Shown in pieces: positions 1 through 8,885 of a stretch of 44,902 nucleotides of DNA. The number at the start of each line of letters is the position of its first letter. Position 1 is the first letter of the stretch. The DNA comes from an uncultured Candidatus Saccharibacteria bacterium (GTDB taxonomy: Bacteria; Patescibacteriota; Minisyncoccia; Phycocordibacterales; Zambryskibacteraceae), in the NCBI GenBank assembly GCA_964651655.1, contig CAZYVS010000005.1:1-44902 (forward strand), written 5' to 3'. The notes below the pieces were generated by a model, which worked only from the letters and a program-made list of their open reading frames with translations, had not been told where the DNA came from and did no database searches. Both the position numbers and the translations under genes were made by a program.

Positions 1-82
1 CAAACGCCGCTCGCCGGCAGAAGATCCCCGCCTTTCGAGAGAGGGGTGTCTGGAAGATTCCAGAGAATTTTGAATATTAAAA

Positions 83-712
83 ATGAAAACTACAAAAAGT
101 AAAATTCAAGTGCTATTAATTCACGGCGGAATGACTTTCAAAAACGAGAAAGATTATTTGCATTATCTAAAAACCAAAAAAGTAACGACAAAGAAAAAAG
201 TTTCTTGGACGGGAAATTATTTAGAAAAGAGTTTGGGAAAGAGATTTGAAATAATCTCACCTCGAATGCCTTTACAGGATTTTGCGAAGTATAGAGATTG
301 GAAGATATTTTTTGAGAGATATTTATCTCTTATCAAAAACGAGTATATTTTAATTGGTTCATCTCTTGGCGGAGTTTTTCTAGCAAAATATCTTTCTGAA
401 AATAAACTCCGCAAAAAGGCTTTGTCGGTATATTTGGTTTGTCCGCCTTTTGACAATACGTTACCAGGTGAAGATTTGGTTGGTGGCTTTACGCTCGGAA
501 ATAATCTGTCGTTGATTGAAAAGAACTGCAAAAATCTTCATTTGCTATTTTCAAAAGACGACGATGTTGTGCTAACCTCTCATGCGGATAAGTACAGGCA
601 AAAATTGAAAAAAGCTCATATTGTGATTTACAAAAGCAAAGGTGGGCATTTCGACATCATCAAGTTTCCTGAAATAGTTAAAATGATTTTAGCAGATATT
701 AAAAGAAATTAG
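83..712 (+). CDS. Alpha/beta hydrolase (RBBP9/YdeN-like)
   Basis: IHGG oxyanion motif, nucleophile elbow GSSLGG, late SKDDDVV and GGHF acid/His motifs. Confidence 0.85.
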   Translation: MKTTKSKIQVLLIHGGMTFKNEKDYLHYLKTKKVTTKKKVSWTGNYLEKSLGKRFEIISPRMPLQDFAKYRDWKIFFERYLSLIKNEYILIGSSLGGVFLAKYLSENKLRKKALSVYLVCPPFDNTLPGEDLVGGFTLGNNLSLIEKNCKNLHLLFSKDDDVVLTSHADKYRQKLKKAHIVIYKSKGGHFDIIKFPEIVKMILADIKRN

Positions 713-988
713 CCGCCGATTTTTTAAAAAAAGAAAGCCGAAGCCCGCGCGGATTTTTACCACCTCCTTCTCCTTACAGGAGTAATACACCTTTTGGATA
801 TTTTGTTTTGCTTTGCTCACAAAATCGCTGTTTCATTTTAAATTGCGGCGCGGGGTTTGGTGTATTTTAAAATAACAAAGACAGGATATAGACAAAGGGA
901 TAACCAAAATGCTATATTTTTAGCAAGTTGTACGCCGAAAGGAGGGGGTCAGAGTTGTTAGATAAATTTGACGCGTTGGTAGATTAGC

Positions 989-1150
989 ATGGTCAAAGCC
1001 ATTAAACAAAACGACACAGAACTATACCAATGCGAAGAGTGCAGTTTTCATTACGAGGATTGCGAGTGGGCCGAGAAGTGCGAGGCGTGGTGCCGTGAGC
1101 ACAAAAGCTGTAATTTAGAAATCACCGCTCACGCCGAGGAAAATAAATAA
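989..1150 (+). CDS. Small Cys/His-rich protein, 53 aa (not in ORF track)
   Basis: ATG 989 to TAA 1150 reads MVKAIKQNDTELYQCEECSFHYEDCEWAEKCEAWCREHKSCNLEITAHAEENK; CxxC plus CxxWCxxHxxC pattern; fills an otherwise empty gap. Confidence 0.75.
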   Translation: MVKAIKQNDTELYQCEECSFHYEDCEWAEKCEAWCREHKSCNLEITAHAEENK

Positions 1151-1163
1151 CATACTTATAAAC

Positions 1164-1191
1164 TTGAGAATGTAAGGATGTGGTGTATAAT
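1164..1191 (+). promoter_or_regulatory. Sigma70 promoter, probably giving a leaderless transcript
   Basis: TTGAGA-16 nt-TATAAT, then 6 nt to ATG 1198. Confidence 0.55.
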
Positions 1192-1197
1192 GAAAAT

Positions 1198-1482
1198 ATG
1201 GCGAAGGTAAAAACGGCAAAACAAATGGAGCGGCACTTGAAAGGGATGGCCAATCACCATCGGATCGAGATTTTGTTGTTTATCGCAAGCAACGACGGAG
1301 CAACACTGGATGATATTGTTACCGCTCTTGGCGCGAACGAGAAGACTCTCGGCGAACATACGCGGAGGCTGTCTGTAGCCGGGCTGGTGAATAAAAAGTA
1401 TCGTGGTAAATTTGTAGAACACGCGCTTTCGCCGTATGGCAAGACATTCGTCCGTTTTCTGCAATCATTCCAAAAGATATAA
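1198..1482 (+). CDS. ArsR/SmtB-like winged-helix transcriptional regulator
   Basis: KGMANHHRIEILLFI helix, HTH ANEKTLGEHTRRL and wing GLVNKKYRG; start moved to ATG 1198 because the promoter overlaps the longer ORF start. Confidence 0.8.
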   Translation: MAKVKTAKQMERHLKGMANHHRIEILLFIASNDGATLDDIVTALGANEKTLGEHTRRLSVAGLVNKKYRGKFVEHALSPYGKTFVRFLQSFQKI

Positions 1483-1531
1483 TGACATCCTTATAAACTG
1501 GAGTTTGTAAGGATGATGTAGTAAAGAATTT

Positions 1532-2068
1532 ATGCGTATAAATAACTTTTTTAAATTAGTAATCGCGATTGGTGTTTCGCTAGGAGCGGGAGTGATTGGT
1601 TCCTTATTCACAACGCCTGCGGTCCAGTCTAGTTGGTATTTAGAGCTCACAAAGCCGGCTCTTAATCCTCCGGCGTGGGTGTTCGGTCCGGTCTGGGCGA
1701 CATTGTTTGCGCTTATGGGAGTTGCTGTTTTTCTCGTTTATATTAAAAACGAAAAAACAGTCCTGAGCGCAGTCGAAGGACGGCAATTTAAAAGAAAGAA
1801 AAAAATTGCACTTATTTTGTTTGGTATTCAATTGGTTTTGAACACCCTTTGGTCAATTATCTTTTTTGGTTCGACTTCGCTCACCATAAACGGTCTTAAC
1901 AACATCGGTATTGCGCTTGTTGAGATCGTGTTCCTCTGGCTTGCCATCCTCGCCATGATCATCGCTTTTGCGAAAGTTTCTCGTCCTGCCGCGTGGCTTT
2001 TGGTGCCGTATATTCTTTGGGTCAGCTTTGCCTCGTATTTAAACTACATGATTTGGATATTAAATTAA
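1532..2068 (+). CDS. tspO: TspO/MBR family tryptophan-rich sensory protein
   Basis: WYLELTKPALNPPAWVFGPVW and LLVPYILWVSFASYLN signatures. Confidence 0.92.
   Translation: MRINNFFKLVIAIGVSLGAGVIGSLFTTPAVQSSWYLELTKPALNPPAWVFGPVWATLFALMGVAVFLVYIKNEKTVLSAVEGRQFKRKKKIALILFGIQLVLNTLWSIIFFGSTSLTINGLNNIGIALVEIVFLWLAILAMIIAFAKVSRPAAWLLVPYILWVSFASYLNYMIWILN
1760..1781. repeat. In-frame palindromic element (family A) in tspO
   Basis: gtcctgagcgcagtcgaaggac, 5-bp terminal stem, encodes VLSAVEG in a loop. Confidence 0.7.
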
Positions 2069-2097
2069 TTATTGCTAAAATATAACTGTGAAGGGCT

Positions 2098-2805
2098 ATG
2101 CCACCGACCATGATTGCCATTTTTTACGCTTTTCTCACTTCGTTTGCAACGCTTATCGGCGGCCTGCTTCCGAATCTCGCCTTTTTCAAGAAATTAGATG
2201 GCCGCTACCTTATCGGTTTTGCCGCCGGAGCAATGCTCTCCATTTCTTTTTTTGATATTTTACCGGAATTGGACAGCGGAGCCATGACCTGGGTGGCCGT
2301 GGGTTTTTTCACTATTTTTTTGATAGAAAAATTCGTTATTCTTCATACGCTGGACGAATACGAATGCGAACATCGCTCTCTTGGCTGGCCGGCAATGATC
2401 GGCGTGGCGGCTGAAAGTATTGTGGACGGGGTGGCTATCGCTATCGGCTATTCAGTGGCGCCGGCTCTGGGACTTTCGGTAGCGATCGCGGTTATCGCGC
2501 ATGAGTTGCCAAGAGGATTTACCACTACCATGGTGATGAAGAATGCCGGGAAGGGTGCGGCGGCAGTAGCGGGAGCGCTCTTGATTGACGCCGGCTTCAC
2601 GCCCGTGGGCGCCCTTATTGGAACGCTTTTGCCCGATACGTATTTTATGGCCACGCTCGCATTTACCGCCGGAGCATTCCTTTATGTCGGAGCGGTGGAT
2701 TTGTTGCCGGAAATTCATAAGCGTTTTAATTGGAAAGTTATATCTTCCGTCATGCTCGGCGTGCTGGTTATTTATGGCGTAAGCAGATTTGTAAATTTTT
2801 TGTAG
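2098..2805 (+). CDS. ZIP family divalent metal transporter
   Basis: GFAAGAML, SIVDGVAI, AHELPRG, AGAFLYV motifs; multiple TM segments. Confidence 0.88.
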   Translation: MPPTMIAIFYAFLTSFATLIGGLLPNLAFFKKLDGRYLIGFAAGAMLSISFFDILPELDSGAMTWVAVGFFTIFLIEKFVILHTLDEYECEHRSLGWPAMIGVAAESIVDGVAIAIGYSVAPALGLSVAIAVIAHELPRGFTTTMVMKNAGKGAAAVAGALLIDAGFTPVGALIGTLLPDTYFMATLAFTAGAFLYVGAVDLLPEIHKRFNWKVISSVMLGVLVIYGVSRFVNFL

Positions 2806-2824
2806 TTGTCCACAAAACTTTATT

Positions 2825-2853
2825 TTGACAAATAGGGTCTGGGGATATATACT
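2825..2853 (+). promoter_or_regulatory. Sigma70 promoter of the metal cluster
   Basis: TTGACA-17 nt-TATACT upstream of GTG 2874. Confidence 0.7.
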
Positions 2854-2873
2854 GGCATGGTAAACTTACGAAA

Positions 2874-3275
2874 GTGAAATATCTCGCGACAGCGTTATTG
2901 GTAATAAGCTTAGTCGGAATAAGCGTTTTCGGTTTTTCTCTTTTTACCCACACCGCGATGGACGGTTCAAGTGGTAATTGTGTCGTTTCGGCCATAGATG
3001 GGACTAAATGCCCGACAAACATCATGGGGATGGCCTTGCACCATATCTTCGCCGCGCGCATACCCATGACGATAGTGACGCCGCCGATTTTCAGCTTGCT
3101 TTTATTGCTCGCTTCCCTGCTTTTTATGGGCTTAGCCTTTTTCTCCCCGCATTTTGTCAGACCCCCTCAATTAGTTTTTTACAAATATCGTTTTGGAGAT
3201 TCTTTTTCTCCGCCTCAAAAACAACAGCTCACTCGCTGGCTGGCGCTTCACGAAAACAGCCCGACTATTCTTTAG
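2874..3275 (+). CDS. Hypothetical membrane protein with Cys pair, HH and C-terminal WLALHENSP
   Basis: Two hydrophobic segments flank CVVSAIDGTKCP and ALHHI; first gene after the promoter. Confidence 0.7.
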   Translation: MKYLATALLVISLVGISVFGFSLFTHTAMDGSSGNCVVSAIDGTKCPTNIMGMALHHIFAARIPMTIVTPPIFSLLLLLASLLFMGLAFFSPHFVRPPQLVFYKYRFGDSFSPPQKQQLTRWLALHENSPTIL

Positions 3276-3378
3276 GACGCTGATACATAACCACTTGCCA
3301 AAAGGGTTTTGTATCGTCTGTCCGCTTATCCCTGCCTCAAGAGATTTTTCGTATTCCTTAATTCACTAAACAAAACAC

Positions 3379-3873
3379 ATGAACAAAATAATTATCGGAA
3401 TCATTACCACAATTCTTGTCCTGGGAGGGCTCATCTGGATCGCCCGCCCTGATTCCCAAAGCAATAACATAGCATCTATTAAAAGTAACGGAACACTCGC
3501 GGTAGAAGAAGCCAATAACTACGACTTCGGTGCTATCTCAATGTCGAAAGGCATTGTCACCCATCAGTTCAAAATTAAAAATACCAGTGACGAAGCTGTC
3601 GTCGTTAATAAAATATATACATCCTGCATGTGCACAACAGCCAAGTTTATTGTCGGAGATAAACAGATCGGGCCTGTTGGCATGCCCGGTCACGGAGCGA
3701 TACCTTCAATAAATCAAACAATCAGCCCGAACGAAGAAGCCATTGTTGAAGTGGTCTTTGATCCGGCGGCTCACGGACCGGCCGGAGTGGGTCGAATCCA
3801 AAGAACAGTAACTCTGGAAAATAACGCGGGACAGCCGATAGAACTTCAATTCACAGCCGTTGTGACTCCATAA
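3379..3873 (+). CDS. DUF1573-like Ig-fold membrane-anchored protein
   Basis: N-terminal TM, YDFGAI, HQFKIKN, TSCMCT, VVFDPAAHG motifs. Confidence 0.8.
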   Translation: MNKIIIGIITTILVLGGLIWIARPDSQSNNIASIKSNGTLAVEEANNYDFGAISMSKGIVTHQFKIKNTSDEAVVVNKIYTSCMCTTAKFIVGDKQIGPVGMPGHGAIPSINQTISPNEEAIVEVVFDPAAHGPAGVGRIQRTVTLENNAGQPIELQFTAVVTP

Positions 3874-3877
3874 TTGT

Positions 3878-4660
3878 ATGAGTAAAAAACTTACAATTCT
3901 TATCGGGATCGCAGTTGTTCTGTTTGGAGGGGTATTATTGCTCAAAACAGGCAATATCGGCACAACAGCACTCTGGAACTTGAGTGACGGTGGCAAATGG
4001 ATGCTTCCTCTTGTTAGTGTGGCCGCGCTTATTGACAGCATCAACCCGTGCGCGTTCGGCATTCTTCTCTTAACCATCGCATTTCTGCTTTCTCTTCAAA
4101 AAACGAGAGCGAGCATATTAAAAATCGGAAGCGTGTATATTCTCGGACTGGTAATGGTCTACCTTCTCATTGGGCTGGGAATTTTACAAGCGCTTCACCT
4201 GTTCAATACGCCGCACTTCATGGCAAAAGTTGGGGCGCTACTTTTGATCGTGCTTGGTGGCATAAATCTAATCAACGAATTCTTTCCATCATTCTCGATT
4301 AAACTTCGTATTCCGCGAGCGGCGCACACCAAAATGGCATCGCTTATGAACAAGGCCTCGCTTCCGGCGGTATTCCTATTGGGCGCGCTGGTAGGTCTCT
4401 GCGAGTTTCCTTGCACCGGAGGACCGTATCTTATGGTGCTTGGACTTCTGCATGACCAAGGAACATACTTGACCGGTGTCGGCTACCTTCTGCTCTATAA
4501 TCTAATCTTCATCCTGCCGCTCATCGTAATTCTTCTAATCGCAAGCGACAACGCGCTTCTTGTAAAAGTGCAAGCCTGGAAAAAATCGGAAACAAATAAC
4601 ATGAGACGTTGGGGTGGTGCCGCCATGATCGTCCTTGGCTTTCTCATATTCTTTATCTAA
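3878..4660 (+). CDS. CcdA/DsbD-like transmembrane thiol-exchange protein
   Basis: DSINPCAF and CEFPCTGGPY membrane cysteines, about 7 TM segments. Confidence 0.82.
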   Translation: MSKKLTILIGIAVVLFGGVLLLKTGNIGTTALWNLSDGGKWMLPLVSVAALIDSINPCAFGILLLTIAFLLSLQKTRASILKIGSVYILGLVMVYLLIGLGILQALHLFNTPHFMAKVGALLLIVLGGINLINEFFPSFSIKLRIPRAAHTKMASLMNKASLPAVFLLGALVGLCEFPCTGGPYLMVLGLLHDQGTYLTGVGYLLLYNLIFILPLIVILLIASDNALLVKVQAWKKSETNNMRRWGGAAMIVLGFLIFFI

Positions 4661-4672
4661 CCAATCATAACT

Positions 4673-4918
4673 ATGACTACCAAACGACAACTAAAACTTG
4701 GGGATGCGGTGGCTAAGATTGCTAAGGCGCTCCATATACCTCATTGCGAAAAATGCGAACAGCGGCGTCGTATCCTCAATGAGATCAGGACCCTAGGAGT
4801 ACGAGAGACCATCAAAAAACTGAAAGCTGTTGAACTTTCTGAATCTAAAAACACAAGTGAGTCTTGGTCAATCGAAGAAATAATCCAGAAGATGGAAGAT
4901 TGTTGTGATGAAAAATAA
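4673..4918 (+). CDS. Small CxxC protein of unknown function
   Basis: HCEKCEQRRRILN motif and terminal CC; tightly packed in the operon. Confidence 0.65.
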   Translation: MTTKRQLKLGDAVAKIAKALHIPHCEKCEQRRRILNEIRTLGVRETIKKLKAVELSESKNTSESWSIEEIIQKMEDCCDEK

Positions 4919-5690
4919 CTATACACTCCCCGCTGCCATTATCGTGGCAGGAATCTTAATTGCGGGAGCCATGATCTATAACACCGAAGATCGTCCGCTT
5001 GAAGCGCAAGCATTAAAAAATTCAAGCGGTCAGAAAGCACGGGCGGTATTGGTTGACGGAGGACGCCTATTACCCCTGGAGGCAGAAGAGAAAATGCTCG
5101 CCACCTTGACTGCCAATGGCACTATTGATCCCGCTAAATTATCGCGAGTGACCGAACTTAATCTGCTTTGGGCATATGGCTTGGCAAATAAAAATCAGAT
5201 TCTTAAGAGCGGACCGATTGCTGATATCCGATATGGCGGACCGACGAATATGGCATCAGTCGGCGGCTGGACCGTAATGACCGAGTCAATAATGGATCAT
5301 TACAACAAACACACTTTGGCCTCTCTGACACCAGAACAACAGTTACTTGTGGAGAAAATTGCAAAAGGTATTTATAGACCATGTTGCAACAACTCGACGC
5401 ATTTTCCGGACTGCAATCACGGCATGGCCATGCTCGGACTTCTTGAATATATGGCATCGCAAGGAGCGACAGAAGAACAGATGTGGAATACGGCCATGAC
5501 AGCTGATAGAAGCTGGTTCCCCGATCAATATCAGACAGTCACTCAATATCTGAAAATAAAAGGCGTTGATGCGAAAAGTGTAACTCCGCAGACGCTTCTT
5601 GGCGCGGAGTATTCAAGCGGTTCCGGTTTTGCAAGGATTGCCGCTCAGGTTCCTAAAATAGAACAGCGGCAGGGCGAATGCGGGATATAG
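4905..5690 (+). CDS. Membrane-anchored protein with PCCxxxxHxxDCNHG motif, unknown function
   Basis: N-terminal TM (LPAAIIVAGILIAGAMIY), YRPCCNNSTHFPDCNHGMAM, C-terminal ECGI; overlaps previous gene by 14 nt. Confidence 0.8.
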   Translation: MMKNNYTLPAAIIVAGILIAGAMIYNTEDRPLEAQALKNSSGQKARAVLVDGGRLLPLEAEEKMLATLTANGTIDPAKLSRVTELNLLWAYGLANKNQILKSGPIADIRYGGPTNMASVGGWTVMTESIMDHYNKHTLASLTPEQQLLVEKIAKGIYRPCCNNSTHFPDCNHGMAMLGLLEYMASQGATEEQMWNTAMTADRSWFPDQYQTVTQYLKIKGVDAKSVTPQTLLGAEYSSGSGFARIAAQVPKIEQRQGECGI

Positions 5691-5747
5691 GATCGTATGC
5701 ATTGCTAAATAAATAATTATTAAACATAAAAAACTAAGTAAAAAATC

Positions 5748-7754
5748 ATGAATCATAATCATCACTCCGGACACGACATGCAGAAAATGGAAGCGGATAT
5801 GCGTCGCCGGTTTTGGATTTCATTCTTGCTTTCAATCCCAATTTTTCTCTACTCTCCTGTTGGTATTAATTTTTTCGGACTTAATCTTCCTGCACCGATC
5901 CCGGTAAACTGGCTTCTTCTTATTCTCACTACCCCGATTGTCTTTTGGACCGGTTCGATTTTTATTACCGGCACCTATTATTCGCTCAAAGCACGGAAAC
6001 TTAATATGGCGGTTTTGGTTGCAACCGGAGTTTTGGCGGCGTATCTTTTCAGCGTACTTCTAACATTTATCCGTCCAGAGTCAGAAACCTTCTACGAAGC
6101 GGCGGCTCTTCTGGTTACTTTCGTATTATTCGGCCACTGGATGGAGATGAAAGCGCGCCGAGGTACGTCCGATTCCTTGCGCGCACTTTTTGATCTTGTG
6201 CCTCCCAAAGCCAATGTCATTCGCTCTGGCAAAGAGATCAGTATTCCCAGTGCGGAAATAGTTCAGGGCGACATCGTTGTGCTCCGGCCCGGCGACAAAG
6301 TGCCGGTGGATGGTGAAGTAACCATCGGCGAAACTTCCATTGACGAATCACTCGTCACAGGAGAATCTATCCCGGTTACCAAAACTGTTAGTGCAAAAGT
6401 GGTGGGAGGATCGGTAAATCTTACCGGCCTCGCACAATTTAAAGCTACGAAAGTGGGATCGGAGACGGTATTGGCACAGATCATAAAAATGGTTGAGACC
6501 GCCCAGAACTCCAAAGCTCCTGGCCAGCGCATAGCAGACAGGGCCGCCGGGTGGCTTGTTATGGTTGCCCTTGGCTCCGGTCTTGCCGCTTTCTTTAGCT
6601 GGTATTTCGGTGCTGACGCTGGTCTCTTAACCGCCCTTACCTTTGCGGTCTCAACCGTCGTCATTGCCTGTCCGGATGCCTTAGGGCTGGCCACACCTAC
6701 GGCAGTTGCTGTTGGGACCGGCATTGGCGCAAAACATAATATTCTTATTAAGGACGCGGCAACACTTGAAAACACCTCCAGACTCAATGCAATCGTGCTC
6801 GATAAGACAGGAACCCTCACGGAAGGAAAACCAAAAGTTACCGAAGTCGTTGTCCGACCCGGATACGACCACCGCGAAGTTTTATCGCTTGCGGCATCGG
6901 CTGAGCAAGGATCAAACCATCCAATTAGCGCGGCCATTCTTGAAGAAGCTCAAAAGAATGGGCTTAAAGCAAATGAGAAAGTGGAAAAATTTGAGAGCGT
7001 AGGCGGTCATGGCGTCCGCGCAGTAGTCAATGGCAAGTCGGTTGTTGTTGGTACTGAACGGCTCATGCAACAGAACAGAGTCGATCTTTTGCCGATTAAA
7101 AAAGATATTGACCGTCTGCTCAATACCGGCAATACTATCGGCATTATTGCGGTTGACGGGCAAGTGGCAGGAGCGATCGGTGTCGCAGACACAATTCGCC
7201 CCTCGGCCAAAAAATCTATGTTTGCCCTGAAGTCGCTCGGACTCGAAGTAGCAATGATCACGGGTGATCACGATCAAGTTGCAAAGGCAGTCTCAAACGA
7301 GCTTGGTATTGATCGCTACTTCGCACAGGTCTTGCCCGAAGATAAGGCTAAGTACGTCAAAAAGCTCCAAGACGAAGGCAAGTTCGTGGCTATGGTCGGC
7401 GACGGCATCAATGATGCTCCAGCGTTGGCGCAATCTGATATCGGTATTGCTATCGGCGCAGGAACAGATGTTGCTATTGAGACTGGCAATATTGTGCTTA
7501 TGAAATCAGATCCGTATGACATTGTCGCCGCGCTTCGTTTGTCGAAAGCGACGGTGGTCAAAATGAAACAAAATTTATTCTGGGCGGCTATTTATAACTT
7601 GCTGGCTATCCCGGTGGCGGCCGGAGTATTTTATAATTCGTTTGGTCTATCGCTACGTCCTGAAATTTCCGCTCTCCTTATGTCCGCCTCGTCCATTATT
7701 GTCGCCATCAATGCCGTGTCGCTTAAAAGAGTTGAGCCGAAGTTAAAAAGATAA
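5748..7754 (+). CDS. Heavy-metal (copper-type) P1B ATPase
   Basis: TGES, DKTGT, HP, GDGIND motifs; TM motifs CPD, YN, MSASS; His-rich N-terminus. Confidence 0.95.
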   Translation: MNHNHHSGHDMQKMEADMRRRFWISFLLSIPIFLYSPVGINFFGLNLPAPIPVNWLLLILTTPIVFWTGSIFITGTYYSLKARKLNMAVLVATGVLAAYLFSVLLTFIRPESETFYEAAALLVTFVLFGHWMEMKARRGTSDSLRALFDLVPPKANVIRSGKEISIPSAEIVQGDIVVLRPGDKVPVDGEVTIGETSIDESLVTGESIPVTKTVSAKVVGGSVNLTGLAQFKATKVGSETVLAQIIKMVETAQNSKAPGQRIADRAAGWLVMVALGSGLAAFFSWYFGADAGLLTALTFAVSTVVIACPDALGLATPTAVAVGTGIGAKHNILIKDAATLENTSRLNAIVLDKTGTLTEGKPKVTEVVVRPGYDHREVLSLAASAEQGSNHPISAAILEEAQKNGLKANEKVEKFESVGGHGVRAVVNGKSVVVGTERLMQQNRVDLLPIKKDIDRLLNTGNTIGIIAVDGQVAGAIGVADTIRPSAKKSMFALKSLGLEVAMITGDHDQVAKAVSNELGIDRYFAQVLPEDKAKYVKKLQDEGKFVAMVGDGINDAPALAQSDIGIAIGAGTDVAIETGNIVLMKSDPYDIVAALRLSKATVVKMKQNLFWAAIYNLLAIPVAAGVFYNSFGLSLRPEISALLMSASSIIVAINAVSLKRVEPKLKR

Positions 7755-7788
7755 AAATATGGTAAAATGGCGGTATGGAATATGAGAT

Positions 7789-8178
7789 ATGAAATCTTTT
7801 TTAAAGTTTTTTGATATCTTGGAAGATAAAATTCGTTTCTCTTTGAGCAAGCGACCGATTCTTTATGGTCTCATAAGTGGTATCGGCGTTGTTTTCTTTT
7901 TCCGTGGAGTGTGGCTCATCGCAGACGAATTTCCATTCATGACGGGCGCTATTACTCTTATAGCAAGTGTTATTATTTTGCTTCTTTCTGGCGCTTTTGT
8001 AGAACATTTTATAAGCGACAAAATCATTGCCAGTGGTATCAAGAAGGAAAAGAAGCTAATTGAAAAGGAGACGGCAGAGATTTACGCCGAAACAAGCATT
8101 CTTCGCGATGTCCAGAAAGATATCCAGGAACTCGATAAAAAAATTTCTGCCTTAAACGATACTCTTAAGGACAGGTGA
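7789..8178 (+). CDS. Hypothetical membrane protein with C-terminal coiled coil
   Basis: Two TM helices followed by a charged heptad-like tail. Confidence 0.7.
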   Translation: MKSFLKFFDILEDKIRFSLSKRPILYGLISGIGVVFFFRGVWLIADEFPFMTGAITLIASVIILLLSGAFVEHFISDKIIASGIKKEKKLIEKETAEIYAETSILRDVQKDIQELDKKISALNDTLKDR

Positions 8179-8885
8179 CGACAATGATTAAGTGCATGAC
8201 GGCCGCACCAACAGAGTTTAAAGATCGCAAGGATGCCGGCAGGCAATTAGCCAAGCGGTTAAAAAGTTACGCCAAAAAAGACGTGGTGGTCTATGCTTTA
8301 CCTCGCGGCGGTGTAGTAGTGGGGGCGGAAGTAGCGCGTGCGCTTCATGCGCCGCTTGATATCCTCACTGCGAGAAAAATAGGTCACCCAGACTTCCCAG
8401 AATTTGCCATTGCTGCTGTCGGTCAAAGTGGATATGTAGTGAAAGATAAGGAGACAGCGGCATCAATCGGGGAAAACAAATTTGAGGAGTTGGTGGAAGA
8501 CGCGCAGATTGAGGCGCGCAGAAGACATGACTTATATCTCAAGGGGATTCATATCCCTGAAGTGGCGGGGAAAATAGCTATAGTTGTAGACGATGGTTTG
8601 GCCACGGGACTAACCGCACGCGCAGCATTAAGCGATCTGAAACTGCTTAAACCGAAAAAGATTATTCTTGCTGTTCCGGTAGCCCCGGACACGGCTGTTA
8701 ATACAATGACAAACGAAGTAAATGATTTTATCTGTCTTTATTCAGATCCTAATTTCGTCTCTATCAGCCCATACTACGAGGAATTCTCACAAATTTCCGA
8801 CGAAGCAGTCATAGAACTTTTACAATCAATTAATAAAAAAGAGAAACCACAGAATCTGTTACCAGTTAAAAATAATTTGTCCTGA
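8175..8885 (+). CDS. Phosphoribosyltransferase family protein
   Basis: FKDRKDAGRQLA, ALPRGG, PRPP loop VVDDGLATG; true start may be ATG 8184 or 8196. Confidence 0.9.
   Translation: MTTMIKCMTAAPTEFKDRKDAGRQLAKRLKSYAKKDVVVYALPRGGVVVGAEVARALHAPLDILTARKIGHPDFPEFAIAAVGQSGYVVKDKETAASIGENKFEELVEDAQIEARRRHDLYLKGIHIPEVAGKIAIVVDDGLATGLTARAALSDLKLLKPKKIILAVPVAPDTAVNTMTNEVNDFICLYSDPNFVSISPYYEEFSQISDEAVIELLQSINKKEKPQNLLPVKNNLS

Noticed and set aside
1-102. Open frame from the window start to TAA at about 100-102
   Set aside because: No start or recognisable motif, overlaps the hydrolase start, and may be the tail of a palindromic intergenic element.
6263-7561. Antisense and alternate-frame ORFs over the P-type ATPase
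   Set aside because: Shadow ORFs of a strongly conserved gene, with no motifs.
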